This document shows positions 21,536-29,883 of a DNA stretch of 64,000 nt, in pieces. Source of the DNA: an uncultured Myxococcales bacterium (GTDB lineage Bacteria > Myxococcota > UBA4151); contig CAXGWI010000007.1 of the NCBI GenBank assembly GCA_964013405.1, forward strand, positions 1-64,000, given 5' to 3'. The position numbers and the translations under genes were made by a program. Under the pieces are notes generated by a model, which saw nothing but the letters and a program-made list of their open reading frames with translations, was not told the DNA's origin and made no database searches. Each line of letters begins with the position of its first letter. The first letter of the stretch is position 1.

Positions 21536-22500
21536 CCCGCGTCTGGGAGATGGGTCGCCTTCACGGGCCCCCCATCAAGAAAGCCCGTGGCTGGCCGGGC
21601 CCGCCGGGCCCGTTTTAAACTCTCAAGGTAATCTTCGGGCGCCTGAATTAGGGGCCCTGGTGGACCGATCGAGGTATAGCCCGCTTTGACGTCCATCGTC
21701 AGGTAGGCGGTCTGCCCGGATTCCACCTGCCGAGAAGCCCGAAAACTGAGACGACTGCTGACCACCGCACCCGTTTTGGGATCCATACAAAGAGCCCCTT
21801 TCACCTCCTCGAGCTTGAGACCTTTCCGCCACAGCTTGAGGTCCGCTCCGCTTCGCCGTTGAGGCTGGGTTTCAACTTGAAAGCCAAGGGGCTTGTCGCT
21901 GGCTTCGAAGGGCAGACAGATCACGTTGCGCCCAAGGGCATCCGCTGGCTTCGCCGGGCCCAACTTGATGAGATGCCCAACGAGATCGAGCCCCATCGCA
22001 GCCAAACCGAAGGCCTGATCCGCATGGTCCCAGCGCTGCCCATCCAAGTCCCGTTGGGCGATAAAGCGCCCCTGACTGTAGCGGCGATAAAGCATCCCAT
22101 TGGAATAAATGATTCGTTGGGCGAAGCCACCATCGTTCTTCACCAAAACATCGAGGGCGTCCTTTTCTGGATTGTCTTGGATTTCTGCCTCTTCGGTGAG
22201 GCTAAGCGAGGGTCCCCCAGCGACGGTGAAGCTGAGGCGGGCATCCCCCTGCCAGGTCAAGGATTGACCCAGCCGCAACCGAGCCTCCTGAAACGGCATG
22301 TATGCGAGTCTTGAAAAGAGCGTGCGATCACCGGGAAGCAAGGAGTGATCAAGGCGCTCGGCTGCGGCTTGGTGAAGCGGACTATGGCCCACATTGGCGC
22401 CAACACGGGCCTTCGCCTCCGCCTTTTTTGCGCGCCGCTCCCCATCACAGGAGCAGGCCGACCCCACGAGGCAAATCATCACAATGAAAAACCTGATCAC
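21532..22500 (-). CDS. hypothetical lipoprotein
   Basis: 322-aa ORF with signal/lipobox-like LVGSAC; its stop overlaps the proB start. Confidence 0.7.
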   Translation of the reverse strand: MIRFFIVMICLVGSACSCDGERRAKKAEAKARVGANVGHSPLHQAAAERLDHSLLPGDRTLFSRLAYMPFQEARLRLGQSLTWQGDARLSFTVAGGPSLSLTEEAEIQDNPEKDALDVLVKNDGGFAQRIIYSNGMLYRRYSQGRFIAQRDLDGQRWDHADQAFGLAAMGLDLVGHLIKLGPAKPADALGRNVICLPFEASDKPLGFQVETQPQRRSGADLKLWRKGLKLEEVKGALCMDPKTGAVVSSRLSFRASRQVESGQTAYLTMDVKAGYTSIGPPGPLIQAPEDYLESLKRARRARPATGFLDGGPVKATHLPDAG

Positions 22501-22506
22501 TGTGAC

Positions 22507-23268
22507 TCAATCATCCCCAGTGAGCTCGTCGAGCGCTTTGATCTTCGCCTTTTGTGCTTCCTCAGCTTGGCGAATAGCGTCTTTGGTTTTGCCCACCATC
22601 TCCAGGGGGGCTAAAAAGGGTTTTGAGACCGTCTCCTGGGCCGACTCCAGCGCCTCCTTCGTTCCCGTTTTTTCAACGACCTCGTCCACTTTCGCGCTCA
22701 CCTGCTTTGCCGCCGGTGACTCAGGGAAAGCTCGAACGAAACCGAAGAGGGTCAACACGAGTCCCAGTCCGATACTCGCCAGGCGCATGAAGCCCCGGAG
22801 CTTAGCGATTCCGATGAAGGCCAGGGCGAGGCCGGCAAGCAGAGGGATGTACCCGGCCCACGTCGGAGCGGGCGTGTCGGGCTCGGCCTTTTTCACCCCG
22901 CGAGCGGCCGGGTTCTTGGCGGGGGCCTCGGCCCGGGCTCGTTCCTTCAGTTCCTTGACGCTCGGTGCCGTCTCTCCCTTTTTCTTCGCCAGTGCTTCAA
23001 AGGTGATGATCTTATCCGTGCTGCCGGGCTTCTGCTTCGCTAGGGCATCATCGATCACATCCCGCACGTCGACATCATCGCTGGGCTTCGCCTCGCTCGC
23101 GACACCTACGGCCGAATGGCTATCCTCGCTAATCATCTTCATGCTGCGACGAAAACGAGGCGGCACCTCCTCCTTCGTCTCGACAACCTGAATGGTCCCC
23201 GTGTCATCGGTATATTGGTAGCTGATGGCAAGAAGTGGCAGACTCAAAATCGCAAGCAAGAGCGGCAT
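22507..23268 (-). CDS. hypothetical membrane protein with DUF4124-like N-terminus
   Basis: Signal peptide, YQYTDDTGTIQVV...VPPRFR motif, two TM helices; GGAGG RBS. Confidence 0.7.
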   Translation of the reverse strand: MPLLLAILSLPLLAISYQYTDDTGTIQVVETKEEVPPRFRRSMKMISEDSHSAVGVASEAKPSDDVDVRDVIDDALAKQKPGSTDKIITFEALAKKKGETAPSVKELKERARAEAPAKNPAARGVKKAEPDTPAPTWAGYIPLLAGLALAFIGIAKLRGFMRLASIGLGLVLTLFGFVRAFPESPAAKQVSAKVDEVVEKTGTKEALESAQETVSKPFLAPLEMVGKTKDAIRQAEEAQKAKIKALDELTGDD

Positions 23269-23401
23269 GTCTGACCTCCTCTACGGACCTAAGTTCTTGA
23301 GGCAGCCCAAGGCAAGCCCCGATGCGCTTCTCACTTCGGTCGTCCTTGCCAGGGCGGTCGGCTCTGCCTATTCGGTGGGCCAGACCAAGGGAGGGTGTGC
23401 T

Positions 23402-24133
23402 TTGATCTTTGGTTTATTTGGCAGCAAGATTGATCGCCTGCGCAAGCAGGTGCGAGAGCCCTATAGCCAGCACGAGAATCGCAAAGAGGCGATGATCAAG
23501 CTCATCAACATCGGCACCCCAGAAGCCTATGCGGCGCTCTTGAGTCGTTTCGGTGTCAACGCCAGTTCGGTCCACTATGATGAAGTCGAAAAGGACTGGC
23601 TCGCAGAGCGGGTCATCGAGCGGGGCGACGACGAGGATATGATGGTTGCTTTGCGCCAAATCATCCTGACCGAAGACCGCCTTTCGAAGGCCCTCGAAGC
23701 AGCCGAGCAAACCATGTCGGCCGAGGGTTACGAAGCTCTGGTCATGGAAGCACTCGAGCGGCGGATCGATGACCATCGAGCAGCCGATGCTAAAGTCGAT
23801 TTGCTTTCTGCACTCCGGGAACTAGGGGGCGACGCGGCCAGGCGGGCCGGTATTATCGCCCTCCAGGATCGAAGTGATGATGTCATTCTCGAAGGCATCG
23901 ACTTACTTGAGAGCACCGCGGCTGAGGATGAGACCGAGGCCCTGTGGGACTTGTTTCATGATCCCTTTCAAGCTCCCCGCATCCTGCGCCGGGCTGGCCT
24001 GTGCTTGGCCAACCTGGCCGTTATCGACCCAAAGGGAAGGGATGGCATCCCGGAGGCTCTACAGGAGGATTTCCGTTTAGAATCGGGCTGTCTTATCGCC
24101 CTCAGGGCAAGAACCCAACCTGTCCCCCATTGA
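23402..24133 (+). CDS. HEAT-repeat-like hypothetical protein
   Basis: TTG start (MIFGLFGSK) after a GGAGGG RBS; helical repeats such as ALQDRSDDVILEGIDLL. Confidence 0.7.
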   Translation: MIFGLFGSKIDRLRKQVREPYSQHENRKEAMIKLINIGTPEAYAALLSRFGVNASSVHYDEVEKDWLAERVIERGDDEDMMVALRQIILTEDRLSKALEAAEQTMSAEGYEALVMEALERRIDDHRAADAKVDLLSALRELGGDAARRAGIIALQDRSDDVILEGIDLLESTAAEDETEALWDLFHDPFQAPRILRRAGLCLANLAVIDPKGRDGIPEALQEDFRLESGCLIALRARTQPVPH

Positions 24134-24196
24134 CCAAAATACGTTTCGCGCGTGATAAGGCGGCGCGACAATAAATTTTCAAAGGAACCGAGGTTG

Positions 24197-25699
24197 ATGA
24201 AGCGCTTTTCGGTGATTCTATCCGCCCCTTTTCTCCTCGTCACTGCATGTGACAGCGCACCGATTACCAAGAGTTGGGATTATCGGTCGAAAGCACCGTC
24301 TGTCTCGACGCCGTTGGTGCTTAAGGATCGCGTCTACTTCGGGACGGAAGTCGGCTTAGATGCGATTAACCGCAAAGGTGGGCACGTCTGGCGGGTCGAC
24401 AAGCAGGGTATGGACGTCGTCGGTGGTCCGACCTTCTACAAGGACACGGTCCTTTATGGCTCGACGAACGGGAACTTTTACGCCGTCACGACCAAGGGCA
24501 CCCCGAGATGGGAGTATGCGACCGCTGCCCGGATCAAATCCGATCCAACCACCCATGAGGGCAATGTCATCTTCTCCAGCTACGACGGTCACGTCTACAA
24601 CATGACCATCGACAAGGGGAAGGGGAACTGGCGCTTTCCTGGCGCCACCGAAGAAGATCTCCCCGGGCCCCCCACCCTCCCGGTCGTTGCGGAATACCTG
24701 AAGAAGAAGGCTGACTGGGCAAATGAGCCCCATTGGGCCACGAAAATGCTCACTCAAGAGTCCGACCAAGGGGATGCGGAGAAGATCAACGAGGTCACGG
24801 TCCAGTGCGAGGAGGCCAAAGCCCAGGCAGACGCCGCCGGCTCGGCCCCACCGGATTGCTGGAGGTGGCGCATGGAGCAACTCGGCAGAGAGCCGATGCC
24901 TCCCCACCCGCCCAGCAAGAAGCAGATCGATTCGAAGTGCGGTAAAGATGCAGCCTGTCGAGACCTGGAAAGCCAAGCCTGGGAATGGCCCCCCGGCGAT
25001 TTCGCCTACTCATCCCCCCTTGTGGTTCCCGAGGAGAATCTCGTCGTCTTGGGTAACATGGACTGGCACGTCTACGCCATTGACCTACAAAGCGGCAAAC
25101 TCCGCTGGCGTACCCGCCTGGTGGGTCACGTCACCTCGACCCCAGTGCTCCACAACGGCATGATCTTTATTGGCAGCAACGGCCGATTGGGAGGCAAGAA
25201 GCCCATCAACGGGAAAGTCTACGCCCTCGATGTCAAGACGGGCGCGGTGGTCAGTAGCTATGAAGAGATCACCAACGAGGTGAACTCCTCTGCGGCCATC
25301 GATGGGGACGACCTCTACATCGGTGACCTCGATGGCACTCTGCATGCGGTGGACATCAACACCTTTAAGCCTTCTAAGACCTGCTCGAAAGCTGATGAAT
25401 GTGGCGAAGGTGTGGCTTGTACTGCTGGCATTTGCCAATCCAAGCCGGTGAACCGCTGGAAGTTTCAAACCACGGGCCCGATCCGCGGTCGGCCGGTGAT
25501 CTACAAGAGCCTTGTATTCATCGGTAGCGGCACGGACGATCAGCACATGTATGCGATCAAGCGCTCCGATGGCACCGTCTATTGGAAGTATCGGACCGGT
25601 GGCAAAATCGAGTCGGACCCTGTGGTATTCGAAGATGAGCTGTTCTTTACCAGCGCGGATAAGAAGCTTTACGCCTTCAAGATTCGCCAGACCCCCTAG
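24197..25699 (+). CDS. PQQ-like/BamB-type beta-propeller lipoprotein with Cys-containing insertions
   Basis: Lipobox LVTAC; repeated SSP..V.G..DG..YA.D..G...W blades. Confidence 0.85.
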   Translation: MKRFSVILSAPFLLVTACDSAPITKSWDYRSKAPSVSTPLVLKDRVYFGTEVGLDAINRKGGHVWRVDKQGMDVVGGPTFYKDTVLYGSTNGNFYAVTTKGTPRWEYATAARIKSDPTTHEGNVIFSSYDGHVYNMTIDKGKGNWRFPGATEEDLPGPPTLPVVAEYLKKKADWANEPHWATKMLTQESDQGDAEKINEVTVQCEEAKAQADAAGSAPPDCWRWRMEQLGREPMPPHPPSKKQIDSKCGKDAACRDLESQAWEWPPGDFAYSSPLVVPEENLVVLGNMDWHVYAIDLQSGKLRWRTRLVGHVTSTPVLHNGMIFIGSNGRLGGKKPINGKVYALDVKTGAVVSSYEEITNEVNSSAAIDGDDLYIGDLDGTLHAVDINTFKPSKTCSKADECGEGVACTAGICQSKPVNRWKFQTTGPIRGRPVIYKSLVFIGSGTDDQHMYAIKRSDGTVYWKYRTGGKIESDPVVFEDELFFTSADKKLYAFKIRQTP

Positions 25700-25740
25700 G
25701 CTGGGTTAACAGGGCTGAACAGGGGGAGGCTTCTTAGGCC

Positions 25741-26499
25741 TTGGATCTAGCGACGCTCATCGGTGGCGTAACCGCCTTTGGTTTGGTCTTCGGCTCCATC
25801 GCTATGGGCGGGGGCATGGCGTTCCTAGACATGGCTTCGGCCATGATCGTCCTGGGCGGTACCTTCGGCGCCATGCTGCTGGCCACAAGCCTTGATAAGT
25901 TCAAAGGGATCATGGCCGTCACCAGCAAGGCCTTTAAGCAGCCCAGCTATGACCTCAACCGCTCGGCAGCATCCATGGTTGAGTACGCCCAAATCGCCCG
26001 CCGAGAAGGGATCCTCGGGCTTGAGAAAGCCATCAACAACGCGGACCCCTTTCTCGCCAACGGGTTGCAGATGTCCATCGATGGCTACCCCCCTGAAGCC
26101 ATCGAGGAGATCCTTGAGACCGACCTCGATTATCTCAAGAAGCGCCACAAAGAGGGCAGTGACCTGCTCCTTATCGGCGGAACTTTTGCGCCAGCACTGG
26201 GCCTCATTGGCACCCTGATCGGCTTGGTGCAGATGCTGCAGAACATGAGCGACCCCTCCACCATTGGCCCAGCCATGGCGATCGCCTTGCTGACAACATT
26301 TTATGGGGCGCTCTTGGCCAACCTGCTGTTCACACCCCTGGCGACGAAGCTCAAAATGCGCAGCGACGAGGAGCTCAAAAGTCGGGAACTGATGATCTAC
26401 GGCGTCCTCTGTATTGCCAACGGCGATAGCCCTCGCCTCGTCGAAAAGAAGGTCAATGCGATCCTCGACCCCGACGACCGCCTGAATATGTTCGAATAG
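25741..26499 (+). CDS. motA: flagellar stator A subunit (MotA/PomA-like)
   Basis: MDLATLIG, RREGILGLE, APALGLIGTLIGLVQML, ALLTTFYG. Confidence 0.97.
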   Translation: MDLATLIGGVTAFGLVFGSIAMGGGMAFLDMASAMIVLGGTFGAMLLATSLDKFKGIMAVTSKAFKQPSYDLNRSAASMVEYAQIARREGILGLEKAINNADPFLANGLQMSIDGYPPEAIEEILETDLDYLKKRHKEGSDLLLIGGTFAPALGLIGTLIGLVQMLQNMSDPSTIGPAMAIALLTTFYGALLANLLFTPLATKLKMRSDEELKSRELMIYGVLCIANGDSPRLVEKKVNAILDPDDRLNMFE

Positions 26500-26522
26500 C
26501 GAGTAGTCTACAGACTGCTGCC

Positions 26523-26542
26523 AGGGGCCTTCGGGTCTTTTT
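26523..26542 (+). terminator. intrinsic terminator-like hairpin between motA and motB
   Basis: AGGGGCC-TTCG-GGTCTTT stem with a cUUCGg tetraloop, ending in a T run. Confidence 0.55.
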
Positions 26543-26595
26543 CATGGGCCGCCCTTCGCGCTATGGTAGCCTAGCAACAGGGTGATGCTGAACCC

Positions 26596-27297
26596 ATGGC
26601 GAAGAAAAAGAAGAAGGTCATCTACGCAGACCATGAGGTGAACGGTTTTACCGTCATGTTCACGGCCTTGAGTATGATCGTCCTGGCCTTCTTCATCGTC
26701 CTGAATGCACTGGCCACCATTAACAACCTGAAGGTCAAAAAGGCACTCGCCTCCCTCTATGGCTCCTTCGGCCCCCTTTCTGGCGGCAAAAATATCGAGC
26801 CTGAAAAGGTTCTCAGGGTCCACGAGAAGGCAGCGATCAAGCAGCAAAAGGCCAACCAGAACTATCGGAGTTTTCTCAGTCGCCAGCAGCTCGATCCAGG
26901 GATCGAGTTTCTTGAGCGGGACGATAGTTTCACGGTCGCCCTACGGGATGATCTTCTCTTCCGTGCGGGCATCACGAAGGTGAATCCACGCATGTTCAAG
27001 GAACTCAACAAAATTGGCCGGATCATAGCTGAAATTGGCCAGCCCGTGACGATCGCAGGGTACTCGGACCCAAGCACACCTGGGCGGGGCGTGAGCAATC
27101 AGGAACTCAGCATCCGCCGAGCCCTCTTGGTGCGAAATTACCTCGTCAACGCGGCAGGGGTCGATCCGACAAAGCTCTTTGTCGAAGGGCGAGGTGTTGA
27201 GATGAGCCCAAGCCTGGCCGCCGACCCAACTTTTGATCCCAAGGTCCACTTCCACCGCCGACGGCGGGTGGAACTCATCTGGGGAAATACAGACTGA
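26596..27297 (+). CDS. motB: MotB-like stator subunit 1: no TM Asp, intact OmpA-like peptidoglycan-binding domain
   Basis: Basic N-terminus, TM FTVMFTALSMIVLAFFIVL, plug-like helix, GYSD...NQELSIRRA...RRRVEL. Confidence 0.88.
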   Translation: MAKKKKKVIYADHEVNGFTVMFTALSMIVLAFFIVLNALATINNLKVKKALASLYGSFGPLSGGKNIEPEKVLRVHEKAAIKQQKANQNYRSFLSRQQLDPGIEFLERDDSFTVALRDDLLFRAGITKVNPRMFKELNKIGRIIAEIGQPVTIAGYSDPSTPGRGVSNQELSIRRALLVRNYLVNAAGVDPTKLFVEGRGVEMSPSLAADPTFDPKVHFHRRRRVELIWGNTD

Positions 27298-28025
27298 TGG
27301 CAAAGCAAGAGGTTGAGATTCGCCCGCCAGAAGGTGCCGACCCAACGGCATGGATGCTGACCTTTTCAGATCTACTGACCCTGATGCTGACCTTTTTCGT
27401 TTTGCTCTTTTCCATGAGCAGCCTCGACTCGAAAGCGATCAAGGAGATCACCGACGTCGACATCCTTGCTGGTGGCGATGGCGTGCTCGAAGCAGGTGAT
27501 CCGGATCGCATCCAAAAACCTGAAACAGTGAAAGCCGTGAAGGTGCTGCGAACCTTTGAAACCACCCTGACCGCTTCGATGGCGCAATACTTGCGAACGA
27601 TCGGGCGTGGAAAAAGCGATGCGGCAAGGCGTCACCTCGAAGAGCGGCTCGCCAATCGTAAAATGCAGCAAGACGTGGAGGTTCGCGTGCTCGATGACGG
27701 CTTGGAATTATCCTTCGACGAAGACGAAGAATTCTTTGCGAAGTCCGGCCGAGACCAACTCGACGACCGGGCACGAGCGAAACTGCAACTCATCAGCGAT
27801 ACCATGGTAGAGTCGGGGGCTCGCTCGGTCATCAGCATGCCAACGACCGGCACCGGCTTGAGCCAATGGCTTGCGGCGGGAAAGAAATCCAGCCAGGTCG
27901 CTGTGCACCTGCGACGACAATCCGGTGTTGGCGTGGGCCGCTCTAGAGTCAGTGTTTATACCCCTGAACCCAATGGTCCGAGGAAAGTCCGCATCAAGCT
28001 GACCATGCCCCAATACAGTGAATGA
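27297..28025 (+). CDS. motB: MotB-like stator subunit 2: TM Asp present, degenerate OmpA-like domain
   Basis: WMLTFSDLLTLMLTFFVLLFSMS. The C-terminal domain lacks GHTD and NxxLSxxRA. TGATG coupling to the upstream motB. Confidence 0.9.
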   Translation: MAKQEVEIRPPEGADPTAWMLTFSDLLTLMLTFFVLLFSMSSLDSKAIKEITDVDILAGGDGVLEAGDPDRIQKPETVKAVKVLRTFETTLTASMAQYLRTIGRGKSDAARRHLEERLANRKMQQDVEVRVLDDGLELSFDEDEEFFAKSGRDQLDDRARAKLQLISDTMVESGARSVISMPTTGTGLSQWLAAGKKSSQVAVHLRRQSGVGVGRSRVSVYTPEPNGPRKVRIKLTMPQYSE

Positions 28026-28035
28026 GGAGTAGCCG

Positions 28036-28560
28036 ATGGCTGAAGAAGAAGACATCGAAGAAGAAAAGGGCAAATCCGGCAACGGCATGATCATGGCGAT
28101 GCTTGGTGTCAACATGTTGGCGATCATCATCGTCGCCCTCGTTGCGACCGGTATCATCAAGACCGGTGGCAGCAACACGGCACCACCCCCACCGGGGGCA
28201 ATGGATGGGACGGGAGCGCCTGTGCAAGCGGCCCCAACAACAGCCGTGGGCCCGCCCTGGTCCATTGAAGATATGATCGTTAACCTCCGAGTCCCCGACG
28301 GAAATAAATACCTCAAGGTCAGCTTCGAATTCGAACTGACCTCTGAGGAAATGGTGACGATTGCAGATACCCGGAAGGCGACCGTCAAAGCACGGATCAA
28401 CAACTTTCTCTCAGACCTCACCGTCGACGAGACGGTGGGCTCGCAAAACCGCCAGTTTATCGCCGAGCGCTTACTGGCCCGACTGAACAACGACATGGAA
28501 CGCTACGCCAACGGCCCCATGTTCCGCTCCGTCGTCTTCCCGGTCTTTCTCGTGCAGTAA
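28036..28560 (+). CDS. fliL: flagellar basal body-associated protein FliL
   Basis: N-terminal TM, MIVNL...YLKV, VVFPVFLVQ end; upstream of fliM. Confidence 0.88.
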   Translation: MAEEEDIEEEKGKSGNGMIMAMLGVNMLAIIIVALVATGIIKTGGSNTAPPPPGAMDGTGAPVQAAPTTAVGPPWSIEDMIVNLRVPDGNKYLKVSFEFELTSEEMVTIADTRKATVKARINNFLSDLTVDETVGSQNRQFIAERLLARLNNDMERYANGPMFRSVVFPVFLVQ

Positions 28561-28562
28561 AA

Positions 28563-29618
28563 ATGGCCGAGCAGATTCTCAGTCAGGATGAGGTCGAAGC
28601 CCTCCTCTCCGCCATCAAGACCGATGAGGTGGAAACCGGTGATACCAGTGATACCGGCGGCCTTTCGGAGCGCCGACAGGCCAGTGGTGAGGCCCAGCTT
28701 TGCGACCTCACCTCTGACGATCGAATCACGAAGCTGCAAATGCCCAGTCTGGAGGCCCTCGCTGAACGAACGGGGGTTGCCTTCGGTCAAAGCCTTGAGG
28801 GTATGATTCGCAGACCGGTCCGTATTCATCATGATGGTACGGGGCCGATGAAGATGAGCGAGTTTCTCAACTACTTGCCCGTCCCCTCCTGTTTGAATTT
28901 GGTCCGTCTTGAGCCGCTCTGGGGCGTCTGCCTTCTCGCGGTGGAAGCCCGGATTCTCTACGCCATGCTCGAGGGCTTCTTTGGTGGCCACGGCTCGGGT
29001 CAACTCCGGCCTGAAAACCACACCTTCACCGCCATCGAACTGACCTTTGTCCGCAAGTTAGTGGCCTTGTTCGGGGGTGACCTCTCCGAAAGCTGGGACA
29101 ACTTTATGAAGATTCATCTGGAGTATATCCGGACCGAATCCAGCCCCCAGTATGCGGCGATCGTCCAGCCCGAAGACATCGTCGTGGTCACCACCTATAA
29201 CGTGGAATTACCGAGCCTTCGGGGCAAGATTCACCTGGCCATCCCTTTCACCACGTTGGAGCCGTATAAAAAGCAACTCACCGCCGGAATCCAAGTGCAA
29301 CAGGACCATCGGAGTAACGAATGGGCCCAAGCCTTGCAGCGGCAGATGGGTGAGTTTGTCGTCAATGGAGCGGTGGATCTAGGCAAAGCGGAAATGTCGA
29401 TCAGAGAACTCCTCTCGCTGGAGACCGGCTCGGTGATCATGCTCGATCGACCGGCCGATAGTCCTCTCGTCATGGAGATCGAAGGCATACCGAAGATGCA
29501 AGGTCGCCCTGTTCTTCACCGGAAGCACGTAGGCTTCATGGTCGGCGAACTCCTCGAAACCGAAGGAGTGAGCGATGACGGAGGAAGAACAACAGGGCTC
29601 GATGGAGCCACAGACTGA
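28563..29618 (+). CDS. fliM: flagellar motor switch protein FliM
   Basis: ILSQDEVEALL CheY-binding peptide, FGGHG, FTAIE, C-terminal SpoA domain. Confidence 0.96.
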   Translation: MAEQILSQDEVEALLSAIKTDEVETGDTSDTGGLSERRQASGEAQLCDLTSDDRITKLQMPSLEALAERTGVAFGQSLEGMIRRPVRIHHDGTGPMKMSEFLNYLPVPSCLNLVRLEPLWGVCLLAVEARILYAMLEGFFGGHGSGQLRPENHTFTAIELTFVRKLVALFGGDLSESWDNFMKIHLEYIRTESSPQYAAIVQPEDIVVVTTYNVELPSLRGKIHLAIPFTTLEPYKKQLTAGIQVQQDHRSNEWAQALQRQMGEFVVNGAVDLGKAEMSIRELLSLETGSVIMLDRPADSPLVMEIEGIPKMQGRPVLHRKHVGFMVGELLETEGVSDDGGRTTGLDGATD

Positions 29619-29883
29619 GGGCATTGACCTCATTCTCGACATCCCCCTGGAGGTCAGCGTCCAACTGGGACGGACCCGGATGCCCATCCAACAACTCTTA
29701 GGGCTTGCCCCGGGCTCAGTCATCGACCTCGACAAGCTCAGTGGTGAACCACTGGACATCCTCTTGAACAACCGCCTCGTAGCCCGCGGCGAGGCGGTGG
29801 TTGTCAATGATCGCTACGGTGTCCGCATCGTTGAAATCCTGTCCGCTGCGGATCGGATTTCAGGGCTAGGAAAGCTCCCATGA
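29575..29883 (+). CDS. fliN: flagellar motor switch protein FliN
   Basis: DIPLEVSVQLGRT, LDKLSGEPLDI, GEAVVVNDRYGVRI. Confidence 0.97.
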   Translation: MTEEEQQGSMEPQTEGIDLILDIPLEVSVQLGRTRMPIQQLLGLAPGSVIDLDKLSGEPLDILLNNRLVARGEAVVVNDRYGVRIVEILSAADRISGLGKLP

